From an uncultured cyanobacterium (GTDB lineage: Bacteria; Cyanobacteriota; Cyanobacteriia; Phormidesmidales; Phormidesmidaceae): a stretch of DNA of 64,000 bases. Below the pieces are notes generated by a model. That model ran no database searches and was not told the DNA's origin. It was given only the letters and a program-made list of their open reading frames with translations. The DNA lies in contig CAWBZI010000001.1 of assembly GCA_963793265.1 (NCBI GenBank), forward strand, positions 1,088,001 through 1,152,000. The letters run 5' to 3'. Position 1 is the first letter of the stretch. Every line of letters starts with the position of its first letter. A program made the position numbers and the translations under genes. This document shows positions 40,251 through 51,000 of the stretch, one piece after another.

Positions 40251-41114
40251 TCACGAATAGCGAATCTGTAGCAAGAGTCGTTTTGATTTAATGGGAGGCA
40301 AAAGCTTATGAAAGCAGGAAGGGTCTTGCATAAAGCCGAAGCCTGCTTTGCCTTCGATGACAATTTCACTTTCTTTGCCATAGTGGGCGATCGCCTGCTG
40401 TGCAATTTGAGGGGCCATGCCAGGAACAAATAACGTACTAGGTGGCTTTCGGTTGTGTGATTTTGCAATCATCACATGCGCCCCTGTCGTCGCATCTATA
40501 TCGGTAATATAGAAATACGTTGTCATAAAGTTATAGCCCGCAACATCGTAGTGATAGTTTAGCGGCGGATAAATCTGTTGTTGTTCAGCGAGCGGAAGAT
40601 CTACGGGAAAGCTCCATGTGAGATGGTAGGTGAGCTTAGAAGGCCAGTATCTTAAATAGCTACGAACAATCTTCAACAGATTAGGATCCTGGGCTAGCTC
40701 AATCATCACAGGACAGTTCTGCGGATTTTTCACGAGCCCTCTAAATACAGGTCTTTCACCGCTTGAGACGTCTGATCGAACGTCATGTGCGTAGAACTCA
40801 TCTGAAGATCCAGGCTCATAGCAAGGCGTTTCACTTGCAAACTTATAAACACTCTCTATCTTTTCAGCAGGCAGACGCAGGCCAAAACTCACGCCGTCTT
40901 CACGTAGACTTTTCAAACAAACTTCTGACGAAATATCAGGAAACAAAGAGAATTCTCTGGGATTAAGCCGACGTTCGTAATAGTCAGCACGAAGCTGCTG
41001 ACAGCTATTTTGGTAGGTACTGTAGGCACTACGAACTGATTTAAACCGGCCTAGCGTACGGTGGAAATCTCCTTTCAATAGGCGATCGCTAAGGCGCTGG
41101 ATATTAGTATTCAT
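40251..41114 (-). CDS. PhyH-like 2-oxoglutarate/Fe(II) dioxygenase
   Basis: YHYD (HxD), FYITDID..GAHVMIAKSH, GKAGFGFMQDP..FHK, RLLLQ. Confidence 0.7.
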   Translation of the reverse strand: MNTNIQRLSDRLLKGDFHRTLGRFKSVRSAYSTYQNSCQQLRADYYERRLNPREFSLFPDISSEVCLKSLREDGVSFGLRLPAEKIESVYKFASETPCYEPGSSDEFYAHDVRSDVSSGERPVFRGLVKNPQNCPVMIELAQDPNLLKIVRSYLRYWPSKLTYHLTWSFPVDLPLAEQQQIYPPLNYHYDVAGYNFMTTYFYITDIDATTGAHVMIAKSHNRKPPSTLFVPGMAPQIAQQAIAHYGKESEIVIEGKAGFGFMQDPSCFHKLLPPIKSKRLLLQIRYS

Positions 41115-41491
41115 AGCTGTGGGAAAGAGATAGAACGATCTGCTCTTACTTGCGGTACACCGAAGTTTTTGATGCTCTAAAGCCCTGACTGTATGAATAC
41201 AACAGCAGCGACTCGCTTTACAGACGCTTTTTTACAAAACAAATGACACACAAAAGCGTACGTATTTATACTTATTTAGCTTACCCTAACTGTATTATTT
41301 CAGACTTTTCGTCGTACGAATCACTCGCTCTTTGAAGATGTCGCGAAGATGTTGACGAATTTTGAAGCGTAGGCCAAAGCGCGTTCGGTAATATTAAGGA
41401 ACGCGGCTTATGGTGCATAAGCCGTGAGCATTCGCAGTATGGTTTTAAAAGTTTATTCGCCATATTTTCTATCGCGCATTAAGGCTTCATC

Positions 41492-43462
41492 ATGTCAGAC
41501 TCCACTATCGAATCAGTACTGCAAGAGCAGCGGGTATTTGAGCCCCCAGCCGCGTTTTCTCAAAGCGCGCGAATACCGAGTATGGCAGCTTACCAAAAGC
41601 TATACGACGAAGCGGCGGCTGACCCGGCTGCGTTTTGGGCGCGGCTGGCTGAAGAAGAGCTGGACTGGTTTGAAAAGTGGGACACCACCCTCGACTGGCA
41701 GCCGCCCGTTGCCAAGTGGTTCACGGGCGGCAAAATCAATATTTCGTACAACTGCCTAGATCGGCACTTAACCACCGAACGGCGCAATAAGGCCGCTCTG
41801 ATCTGGGAGGGCGAACCCGGTGACTCGCGTACGCTCACCTACGCCCAGCTTCATCGCGAAGTGTGTCAGATGGCAAACGTGCTCAAAGGCATGGGCGTGG
41901 TGAAAGGCGATCGCGTTGGCCTTTATATGCCCATGATTCCTGAAGCCGCTGTGGCTATGCTTGCCTGTGCCCGCATTGGCGCAGCGCATACGGTGGTCTT
42001 TGGCGGCTTTAGCGCAGAGGCTTTGCGCGATCGCCTCAACGACGCCGAAGCCAAAGTCGTAATCACCGCAGATGGCGGCTTCCGCAAAGATAAACCCATG
42101 GGCCTAAAGTCCGCCGTAGACGCAGCCCTTGCCGATAGCGCCGTCCCCTCAGTCACCAACGTCCTTGTCGTACAGCGCACCAAGCAAGACGTGGAATGGA
42201 CAGAGGGCCGCGACGTATGGTGGCACGACGCTCAGCCCACCGCCTCCGCCGACTGCCCTGCTGAACCGATGGACTCTGAAGACCTCCTATTCATCCTCTA
42301 CACCAGCGGAACCACCGGCAAACCCAAAGGCGTCGTCCACACCACCGCCGGATACAACCTCTACACCCACATGACCTTCAAGTGGACATTCGACATCAAA
42401 GAAACCGACGTGTACTGGTGCACCGCTGATGTCGGTTGGATTACTGGCCACAGCTATATCGTGTACGGCCCGCTTTCCAACGGTGCGACTAGCCTCATGT
42501 ACGAAGGCGCACCCAGAGCCTCTAATCCCGGCTGCTTCTGGGATGTGGTCGAAAAATACGGCGTCAATATCTTTTACACCGCCCCCACCGCCATTCGCGC
42601 CTTCATGAAAATGGGCGATGAGCTGCCAAAAGCTCGCGACCTGTCATCCCTGCGCATTTTAGGCACCGTAGGCGAACCTATTAACCCCGAAGCCTGGATG
42701 TGGTACCGCGAAGTCATTGGCGGCAACAACTGCCCCATCGTCGATACGTGGTGGCAAACCGAAACCGGCGGCTTCATGCTCACGCCTTTACCTGGGGCCA
42801 CCCCCACCAAGCCCGGCTCAGCCACCAAGCCATTTCCCGGCATTCTGGCAGATGTTGTCGATGCCGAAGGCAATCCTGTGGGGGCTAACGAAGGCGGCTA
42901 TTTGGTCGTAAAGCATCCCTGGCCTAGCATGATGCGTACCGTATACGGCGACGATGCCCGGTTCCGCCGCACCTATTGGGAGCACATTCCGCCTAAAGAC
43001 GGTCAGCACTTCTATTTTGCAGGCGATGGTGCGCGGCAGGATGAAGACGGCTATTTTTGGGTGATGGGTCGAACCGATGACGTGCTTAATGTGTCAGGGC
43101 ATCGGCTTGGCACGATGGAGATTGAGTCGGCTTTGGTGTCGCATCCTTCGGTGGCCGAGGCGGCTGTGGTAGGGCGCAAAGACGATCTTAAAGGTGAGGA
43201 TGTGTATGCGTTTGTGACGTTGGAAGGAACATATAGTGCCAGTGATGAGCTAAAAGCTGAGCTGAAGCAGCATGTGGTGAAAGAGATTGGTGCGATCGCC
43301 CGTCCTGGCGAAATCCAATTCACCGACGCCCTCCCTAAAACCCGCTCCGGCAAAATCATCCGCCGCTTTCTACGCAACTTAGCCAGCGGTGAAGAAGTCG
43401 TAGGTGATGCGACAACAATGGAGGATCAAAGCGTACTAGAGAAGCTGCGACAGGGCTCATAG
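41492..43462 (+). CDS. acs: Acetyl-CoA synthetase
   Basis: [33 protein letters not shown]. Confidence 0.97.
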   Translation: MSDSTIESVLQEQRVFEPPAAFSQSARIPSMAAYQKLYDEAAADPAAFWARLAEEELDWFEKWDTTLDWQPPVAKWFTGGKINISYNCLDRHLTTERRNKAALIWEGEPGDSRTLTYAQLHREVCQMANVLKGMGVVKGDRVGLYMPMIPEAAVAMLACARIGAAHTVVFGGFSAEALRDRLNDAEAKVVITADGGFRKDKPMGLKSAVDAALADSAVPSVTNVLVVQRTKQDVEWTEGRDVWWHDAQPTASADCPAEPMDSEDLLFILYTSGTTGKPKGVVHTTAGYNLYTHMTFKWTFDIKETDVYWCTADVGWITGHSYIVYGPLSNGATSLMYEGAPRASNPGCFWDVVEKYGVNIFYTAPTAIRAFMKMGDELPKARDLSSLRILGTVGEPINPEAWMWYREVIGGNNCPIVDTWWQTETGGFMLTPLPGATPTKPGSATKPFPGILADVVDAEGNPVGANEGGYLVVKHPWPSMMRTVYGDDARFRRTYWEHIPPKDGQHFYFAGDGARQDEDGYFWVMGRTDDVLNVSGHRLGTMEIESALVSHPSVAEAAVVGRKDDLKGEDVYAFVTLEGTYSASDELKAELKQHVVKEIGAIARPGEIQFTDALPKTRSGKIIRRFLRNLASGEEVVGDATTMEDQSVLEKLRQGS

Positions 43463-43477
43463 CAGCATGTACCAGCT

Positions 43478-43744
43478 ATGGCTTTTCAGTATGATCAAAA
43501 TAAAGCGGCAGGTAACCTACAAAAACATGGCGTTTCTTTCTCTGAGGCCGAGGGCGTATTTAGCGATCCGCTAGCAATACACTTTGAAGATGTCTCAGCA
43601 TCAGGTGAAGCTCGTTTCGTTACAATCGGAATGAGTTTCGCTTTCGCCATTCTAGTTGTCGTCTACACTTTTCGTGATGATGATATTCGCTTAATTTCAG
43701 CTCGTCGAGCTAGTAAATCCGAAGGAAAAGCTTATGAAGGATGA
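43478..43744 (+). CDS. brnT: BrnT family toxin
   Basis: FQYDQNKAAGNLQKHGVSF..F.DP..IRLISARRA. Confidence 0.9.
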   Translation: MAFQYDQNKAAGNLQKHGVSFSEAEGVFSDPLAIHFEDVSASGEARFVTIGMSFAFAILVVVYTFRDDDIRLISARRASKSEGKAYEG

Positions 43745-44033
43745 ATACGACTTTTCAAAGGGAAAGAGAGGCGCAGTTCTCTCAACAGAAGGCATGACTC
43801 ACATTCACTTTTATATCAAAGATGAAATATTAGAAGAACTACGAAGGCAATCTGAGCAGCTAGAAACGGGTTATCAAACACTTATTAATAGCATTCTGAG
43901 AAAGCATATTGAAAGTTCAGAAGATTTTCTTGATCTACCACTAGAGTCACAGCCTTTGAACAAAGCACTTCCTGTAAGTAGTGAGGGTCACCGTAACAGC
44001 AGGGTTTTAGCAGATGACATCCACCGTTCCTAG
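43734..44033 (+). CDS. brnA: BrnA family antitoxin
   Basis: MKDEYDFSKGKRG..GYQTLINSILR; overlaps brnT stop. Confidence 0.85.
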   Translation: MKDEYDFSKGKRGAVLSTEGMTHIHFYIKDEILEELRRQSEQLETGYQTLINSILRKHIESSEDFLDLPLESQPLNKALPVSSEGHRNSRVLADDIHRS

Positions 44034-44523
44034 CACTTTAAATAGCACTGAGGGTCTTTACGAGGCTGACTTCTACGCTTGGACGCAGCAGCAGGCTTTG
44101 CTGCTACGCAATCGGCAGTGGCAAGAAGTAGATTTAGACAATGTGATTGAGGAGATTGAGTCTTTGGGTAGGCAGCAAAGACAAGAGCTTCGCAATCGCT
44201 TAGCAGTGCTTATCGGACATTTACTGAAGTGGGAGTATCAAAGTGAAAAGCGCAGCCGCAGTTGGCTAGCCACTATCAACATTCAAAGACTCGATATTGA
44301 AGCGCTGATAGCAGACAATCCAAGCCTGCAACCCTACCTTGATGAAGCAATGGAGGTTGCCTATCGCAAGGGCCGAATGCTAGCGGTTAAAGAGACTGAA
44401 CTACCTCAAAGTATCTTTCCTTCAGAAGCGGCTTACTCGCTAGCAAATATTCTAAAAGAAGGTTTTTATCCAGGAGGGGATAGCGACTTGACCGAGCCTA
44501 TATTTCGTAAAGGATGTGAATGA
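44014..44523 (+). CDS. DUF29 family protein
   Basis: LYEADFYAWTQQQA..IEEIESLGR..LIGHLLKWEYQ..SRSW. Confidence 0.92.
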   Translation: MTSTVPSTLNSTEGLYEADFYAWTQQQALLLRNRQWQEVDLDNVIEEIESLGRQQRQELRNRLAVLIGHLLKWEYQSEKRSRSWLATINIQRLDIEALIADNPSLQPYLDEAMEVAYRKGRMLAVKETELPQSIFPSEAAYSLANILKEGFYPGGDSDLTEPIFRKGCE

Positions 44524-44753
44524 ACTTTGAAACCGTGGGTAAGATTTCAGATATTGAAATCATTGCCGTCAATTTATCAATTAGAGAGTTAGATTCTCTA
44601 AAAGAAAAGCATGGTGGGCGTAGATGGCGAAAGCTAAAAGGTATAGGTCTTGTAAGCCTTCAGAGCGGCAGTATACGCAAAGCAGAACTGCATTGGTATG
44701 AGGCGCACGGAATTGGTAAACGTAAAATGAAGATTAAAAGGTTCTTGGATTAG
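44520..44753 (+). CDS. Hypothetical basic protein (77 aa)
   Basis: GRRWRKLKG..AELHWYEAHGIGK; translationally coupled to DUF29 gene. Confidence 0.8.
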   Translation: MNFETVGKISDIEIIAVNLSIRELDSLKEKHGGRRWRKLKGIGLVSLQSGSIRKAELHWYEAHGIGKRKMKIKRFLD

Positions 44754-44760
44754 TGCTGCG

Positions 44761-45003
44761 ATGAACAAGCTATTAGAACAACGACAGTTTGCGATCTGCA
44801 TCGCAAATGACAACTGCGATGACCTTCAGATTCTTAAAATCTATCAGCTTTTGCCCGACCAGAAAGCAGCCGAAGAAAATTACGTTCGCATTATTGACGA
44901 TTCTGGAGAGGACTATCTGTATCCAGCAAGCTGCTTTGTCACAACTGAGTTTTCTACAGCCGTCACGCAGCAGCTTATCGCTGCCATTCCCTCTGTCGCT
45001 TAA
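44761..45003 (+). CDS. Hypothetical acidic protein (80 aa)
   Basis: [28 protein letters not shown]; 7 bp after previous gene. Confidence 0.8.
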   Translation: MNKLLEQRQFAICIANDNCDDLQILKIYQLLPDQKAAEENYVRIIDDSGEDYLYPASCFVTTEFSTAVTQQLIAAIPSVA

Positions 45004-46490
45004 GATGAGCGGCGAGGCTTTGACGCAGACGAACGGCCTTTATTGAGAACGGGTTTGGACGAGCGGCTGCTGCTGGCAGGGCGAGAAGATGACCGGCCTC
45101 GACTGCTGCCGCCGCCACCGCCTGAGCGCCCTCGACCGCCACCACCGCCGCGTGGATTGTTGCGACCGTTGGGAATAGGCTCAGGAGGAATGGACGGATC
45201 GGGCTCGTAGCCTGGAATGATTTCTTTGGGAATGTCTTTCTTTAGCAGCCGCTCAATGCCTCTGAGCAAATCTTTTTCGTCAATACACACTAAAGAAACG
45301 GCCTGACCCTCGTTACCTGCGCGGCCTGTTCGACCAATTCTGTGCACGTAATCTTCGGCCACGTTGGGCAGCTCGAAGTTAACAACATGCGGCAGCATGT
45401 CAATGTCTAATCCGCGAGCGGCAATGTCTGTGGCCACCAGAACGCGGACATCGCCTGACTTGAAGGAGGCGAGTGCGCGGGTGCGGGCACCCTGGCTTTT
45501 GTTACCGTGAATGGCAGCGGCGGTGAGGCCGTCTTTTTGGAGGTGCTTGGTGAGGCGGTTGGCACCGTGCTTAGTGCGGGTGAACACGAGTACCTGCTGC
45601 CAGTTACGCGAGCCGATGATGAAGGAGAGGAGTTCGCTTTTTTTGATGCGATCGCACGGATAAACCACCTGATCGACCGTCTCAGCAGCTGAGTTACTAC
45701 GGGCGACTTCGACCAGCTCAGGCGATCGCAAAAAGCTATCGGCCAGCTTCCGAATCGGCCTAGAAAACGTAGCCGAATACAAAAGCGTCTGCCGGTCTTC
45801 AGCGACCAGCGCCAAGATCTTACGAATGTCATGGATAAAACCCATGTCCAGCATTCGATCGGCCTCGTCTAGCACCAAAATCTCTACCTGCGAGAGATCA
45901 ACCGTGCGCTGATTGACGTGATCGAGCAGACGGCCTGGCGTTGCCACCAAAACATCAACGCCCTGCTTAAGCTTAGAAATCTGCGGGTTAATTTTGACCC
46001 CGCCAAAAATAACCGTAGAGCGGATGGGCAGGTACCGGCTGTAAGTATCCACGCTTTCGCCAACCTGAGCGGCCAGCTCACGGGTCGGCGTAACAATCAA
46101 CGCGCGAATAGAACGGCGACTGCCGCTACCGTTATTCCCCCCAGGAACTTCTCTAGGCGCACCTTTTTTACGCAAAATAGGCTTAGCGCTAGTCTGTGGC
46201 CTAAATTTCTTGGCTTCTACAGCCGCCGCCGTCCCTTCTGTGGGCATTGTTTGAGTCGGTAATCCCTCACAGAGACGCTGAAGCATCGGCAGCGTAAAAC
46301 CGGCTGTTTTACCCGTACCCGTTTGGGCACTCGCCATCACATCGCGGCCCTGCACCACAATCGGAATAGACTTGCGTTGAATCGGCGTCGGCTCCGTATA
46401 GCCTTGTTCAGCAACGGCGCGCAAAAGTTCTGACCGCAGACCAAGACTCTCGAAAGACACGCTCTCGGCAGACGGCATTTTAATAGACAT
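45000..46490 (-). CDS. DEAD-box RNA helicase (RhlE/CrhC-like)
   Basis: [37 protein letters not shown]-rich tail. Confidence 0.95.
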   Translation of the reverse strand: MSIKMPSAESVSFESLGLRSELLRAVAEQGYTEPTPIQRKSIPIVVQGRDVMASAQTGTGKTAGFTLPMLQRLCEGLPTQTMPTEGTAAAVEAKKFRPQTSAKPILRKKGAPREVPGGNNGSGSRRSIRALIVTPTRELAAQVGESVDTYSRYLPIRSTVIFGGVKINPQISKLKQGVDVLVATPGRLLDHVNQRTVDLSQVEILVLDEADRMLDMGFIHDIRKILALVAEDRQTLLYSATFSRPIRKLADSFLRSPELVEVARSNSAAETVDQVVYPCDRIKKSELLSFIIGSRNWQQVLVFTRTKHGANRLTKHLQKDGLTAAAIHGNKSQGARTRALASFKSGDVRVLVATDIAARGLDIDMLPHVVNFELPNVAEDYVHRIGRTGRAGNEGQAVSLVCIDEKDLLRGIERLLKKDIPKEIIPGYEPDPSIPPEPIPNGRNNPRGGGGGRGRSGGGGGSSRGRSSSRPASSSRSSKPVLNKGRSSASKPRRSS

Positions 46491-46812
46491 AAGCGAAAAA
46501 AAGGGCTTCTATAGCTTCTGTCACTTTGGTTACGTCATACTTATTAGCTGAAGCCACTAAAAACAACAGCCAAAGTGACCAAAAAACGACGAATGCAATC
46601 CGCCGTTTTCTATTGCCACCATCTATGGGATGCCCTATCCCCAACGCAGCGATCACCGCAGCATACGGAACTAGCCTAAGAGCAAAAAAACGTTAGTAAA
46701 GTGGAAAAAACAGATCAATTCTGGCACTTGCGCAGACTAGAGACGCGGCCAAGGCATTATAGTAGCAGACTTTTTAGTAAGCGCGTGCAAAGGGCCGTTT
46801 GATCTAGACGCT

Positions 46813-47754
46813 CTAGCTCAACGCTTTGTCCAACCACTTCACCAAATCAGCCACCACCACATCCGCATCTAAATCGTTATGCGGCTCGTGATAGCTACCT
46901 GGATAGATCCTTAGCGTTTTATCATCGCTCTGCATCTGCTGAAAGATTCGGCGGCTACCGTCAGGGGCCATTATCGGGTCAGCATCTCCATGCGTAATCA
47001 AGATCGGCAGGCGAATCTGAGCGACATTAGCCTTTACCCACGAGATTGTACGCAGCGTTTCACTGCCCCAACGCAACGTGACATACGGGTGAATTAACGG
47101 ATCTTCGGCAATTTCTTCGGCCATCTCTGGCCGACGAGAGAGCGCACATTTTGCCAAACCCATTTCCATTGAAAACCGAGGAAATAAACCAGAAAGCACC
47201 CGAGCCAGCACAGCCCGCAAAGGCTTAGCAGTGCCCTCAGCAGGATCAATCGGTGGCGCGCTCACAACTAAGCCGCGAATTTTGAAAGCCTCAAACGCAG
47301 GCGACTGAGCGCAGCGCAAAACGTACTCCAGCACAATCAAACCGCCCAGGCTATGCCCCATCAAAAACAAAGGTGCAACCGGCTCGCACTGCCGGACAAG
47401 CTGTAAAAAAGCCTGAAGGTTGTCGCGGTAGTCTTGCCAGGCATCAACATGGCCGCGCTGTCCTTCAGACTTACCGTGACCCTGATTGTCGAAGGCAAAG
47501 ACCGCGTAGCCTGCCGCTGTTAGCGCTTTGACCACCGCACGGTAGCGTCCAGAATGCTCGCCTAGCCCATGTACCAGCGCTAAAACGCCCTTAACTGCAG
47601 AAGGCAAACCATCTTCGGCAGCGGGCGCACTCGGATACCAGCTTCGATAAAATAGCTCGAGTGCGTTTGCGCCCTGAAAAGTTCCGTGACGAGTTTCGAT
47701 GGTGTAAGTCTGGGGGTGTTGAGTTAGCGGGTGTTGGGCTTGGATCGAGTTCAT
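46813..47754 (-). CDS. Alpha/beta hydrolase (lysophospholipase/MAG lipase-like)
   Basis: VHGLGEHSGRY, GHSLGG, HGDAD, YHEPHND. Confidence 0.9.
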   Translation of the reverse strand: MNSIQAQHPLTQHPQTYTIETRHGTFQGANALELFYRSWYPSAPAAEDGLPSAVKGVLALVHGLGEHSGRYRAVVKALTAAGYAVFAFDNQGHGKSEGQRGHVDAWQDYRDNLQAFLQLVRQCEPVAPLFLMGHSLGGLIVLEYVLRCAQSPAFEAFKIRGLVVSAPPIDPAEGTAKPLRAVLARVLSGLFPRFSMEMGLAKCALSRRPEMAEEIAEDPLIHPYVTLRWGSETLRTISWVKANVAQIRLPILITHGDADPIMAPDGSRRIFQQMQSDDKTLRIYPGSYHEPHNDLDADVVVADLVKWLDKALS

Positions 47755-47759
47755 GACGG

Positions 47760-50700
47760 CTATAGAATTTCAATTGTTCCGCGCTGCCCATCGATCCGAA
47801 CGCGCTGTCCGGTCGTGAGCCGGTGAGTGGCATCTGCAACGTCCATCACAGCCGGAATGCCATATTCGCGAGCGATAATAGCCCCGTGCGAGAGCTGACC
47901 ACCCACTTCAGCGATCAGGCCACCAATACGAGCGAGTAGCGGCGACCAGCCAGCATCGGTATAAGGGACAACCAAAATGGTTTGAGCATCGATATCTAGA
48001 GCAGATGTCGGCAGCGTTTAAAGCACTCGAATAGTGCCCTCTAGCTGTCCTTCACTGGCTCCGATACCCTGTAGGATACCCGAGGCCGCCATGGGAAGGG
48101 CGTTTGCGGTGGACACTATTGGCGGCGGGGCATTGCCATACACCAAGTTTGGAATACGCGCTGTCTGTTTGGCCTTTTGCCAGCCTGCTTTGGCTAGCGC
48201 TACCTTCGCACTTAACCGATCAGCCGCACTTAGCCGATTAGCCTCTTGCACCGCCACAGCATTGTCTGAAGACACTATCTAACGGTGGCGCAACTATCTC
48301 GACACGAACAGTAGGCCAGTCCAGAAAGAAAATATCGCCTTGAGCTTCTAACTGCTCTATTATTAGCCAGCGATTTTCGATTTCAACAAAGCAGCTTCGC
48401 AGGTTAGCTAGCAGTCGGTTGTAGACTTCTGCCACACGTCCTTTAAGGTCAAGCCTGGCCTGAACCTGCTTTTGTCGCCAGCCTGTTGTGGCTGTTCTTT
48501 GTCGATGGAGCGGGACGGCTGGTGTCTGGATTTAATAGGTACTGGGCGAGCAGTTCGCGTACGGGCTGAGGTGATTCCTGCCAGGTGGGAACGGCGATGT
48601 CGGTGGCGACTTCGCTCAGATAGCCGTATTTTTCTAAGAAGCGATCGAGCTGGTCGAATACCTGGTCGCCTTCGGGGTGCTCTGAGATGGCGGCGAATAA
48701 TGAGGCGCTGGTGTTAGGAGAGGTGCGCGTGTCGGCATCTATCGTGGAATACAGGCCGAGCTGAGGGAGGAGCGATCGCAACTGCGCGGCCATATCTCTA
48801 AGATCTTCGAGCGCCATGACTTCAGGGCTACTGCTATTGTCGAGCGTGGCTAGATCTACTTTAAGCAGGGATTGGCGCAGCGCCAGGCTCAAAGGCGACA
48901 GGATGTTGTAGTAAGTCGCCTGTTTTAAAAGGTCGAGAATTTCTTCAATTCGCTCGACAATAGCAGCCGGTGAAAGATCCTTGAGAGGTTGCCCCTGCCA
49001 GCGGGCGATCGCAGGTGCAAACACCTCCCGATCGTCTCTTGCAAACTCACGAGACACTCTCATCTCCTGACGCAGCAGCCGCCATAACCCAGGCGCATTT
49101 CGCAGCGTTACGCCCAAAGGCGGACGATTAAACTTAGCGCCGCGCGTCAAAAATTCCAGGCTATCGGGCGGCAGTCCCATCCGAATAAAAATATCGCCTA
49201 AAAGCGTTGCATTGAAGTAGGCATACGAATAGTGCAGCGTCGCCGTTTGAGAAAAGTCAATATCAGCCGCGCGGTCTTTAAGCACGGTGGTAAACAGATC
49301 GCCCCAAACGCCACAGGTCAGCGGTCGATTGATTGACCACGTGAGCGGGCGAATGGCCCCCGGAATCACCTCAGCCGCAATCTTTCTCGTCCAAATCGGC
49401 AGCAGCGTTGTAATCGGGCGGCTTTGCAGCACCCAAAGCTGCTCGCCGTCGAACGTCCATTCGATGTCTTGAGGAATGCCATGGAAGCGATTTTCGATAT
49501 GGCGAGCGAGGTAGGCGACCTGTTGAATTAGCGAGGTAGGCACTTTGCCTTCCATACTGCTTTTATTACTGACGGGGAGATCCAGCGTTTCAGGCAGTGA
49601 CCAATCGCCTTTATCTACGAGGCGATCGCCCACCTCCACACAGTAAGACTCCGGCGTAATCTGCCCGCCCACCACCTGGCTTGCCGCTCCCGGCAGTGCC
49701 TCTATCACCACCGCATCGCCCATGTGAGTAATCGGATCTCGGCTAAAGGCCACGCCCGAAAAGACGCCTGTAATATGGGGCTGCACCAGCACATTCATTT
49801 TGCCATCCGGCAGGTTTCGATCCTGACGGTAGCGAACGGCACTCGGCGCGTTGTATGCATTCAGGCAAACGGTAACGGCGCGCTGTAGTGCTTCTGGGCT
49901 CTCAATTTCGGTTACAGAAACATACTGACCCGCCGCAGAGGAAGTGCGGCCGTCTTCACCAATTGCCGAGGAGCGGGCGACTACTTTTTGATCGTGTGTG
50001 GTCTTATCAGCCGGGTTGGCAATGCCTGGAAAAACGGTCGCGATTAGAGCAGCCGGATCGTCTCCAGCAGGTAGAACATAGCCGGGCGGGACGGGATAGC
50101 CCCAGGCGTGGAGCTGTGAGAGGGTGGCGGCTTTGCTGCCGACTTTAGCCGGGTCGAGAATTGTGTTGAGTGAAGGGAGGGCGCGATCGCCTTGAAAAAA
50201 TCGAAACATGCGTCGGGATTCTCCTGCGGTAGCGGGCAAATCGAGATCGTCCGGTATCTTGTGATAAATCCAGGCGACTAAGCCAGAGAGACAGGCGACA
50301 ATAATCACCCGCATTCCGTCTGTTGGATGCACAAGCGCCGTCAGTACGGGCATGAGCACAAGGACAAACACGCGCCCCTGATCGCGCAGTCGCAGCAGGG
50401 TAAAGCCGATAAGGCTAATTAAAAAAGTGAGCCCGGCGACGATGGGATCGTAAACGAAAAATCCCCAGGCAACATTGGTTGTCCCTGCGCCTTGAGAACC
50501 CCAGTAGCGGCCCATCACCAAAGCCATTAAAGAGAGCACAGGCCAGATGGGATCGTCGCCAAAAAAGTAGCGAGCAGCCAAAATAGCGGCAATGCCCTTA
50601 AAGGCTTCTGCAGCTACCGAAAGCAGTCCGATAGGCGTGCCGCCGTGATAGAAAGCCGCCGAGACGCCGACGTTGCCTGTGCCCAGCTTCGAGAGCTGCT

Positions 50701-50797
50701 TGCCGGTAAAAAGGCGCACTATCCAACCGGAAAGCGGCAGCGCCCCTAGCAGTGGAACGAGCGTAAATATGATGAGTGCGCCAAGAACTTCGGCCAT
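47760..50797 (-). CDS. PlsY-like membrane domain fused to PEP/pyruvate-binding and phospho-His swivel domains; two frameshifts and one in-frame stop
   Basis: GTGNVG..EAFKG (PlsY-like); VGSKAATL, RSSAIGED, PQDIEW..LQSRPIT; GGQLSHGAIIAREYGIPAV; split into four ORFs (48449-50797, 48238-48435, 48018-48275, 47760-47975). Confidence 0.82.
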
Positions 50798-51000
50798 TAG
50801 AGGAGATTATGGTAGGGGCGTCACTGTGGGTTTGCGACGGGAAGCTCAACACTGCAGTGTTGTAATTCTACGACTAAGAACCCGATTCTTGACACAGCCT
50901 CTAGATCTATTTAAGGAATGTCATGGTCACTTTAGCCTTAGTTTGATTGCACGCTTTTACCTAACAAACGATTTTATATTTAACGAATAGGTTCCCAATC

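Noticed and set aside
41590..43377. Many short antisense and alternative-frame ORFs over acs and other long genes
   Set aside because: Shadow ORFs of well-supported genes with no recognisable motifs
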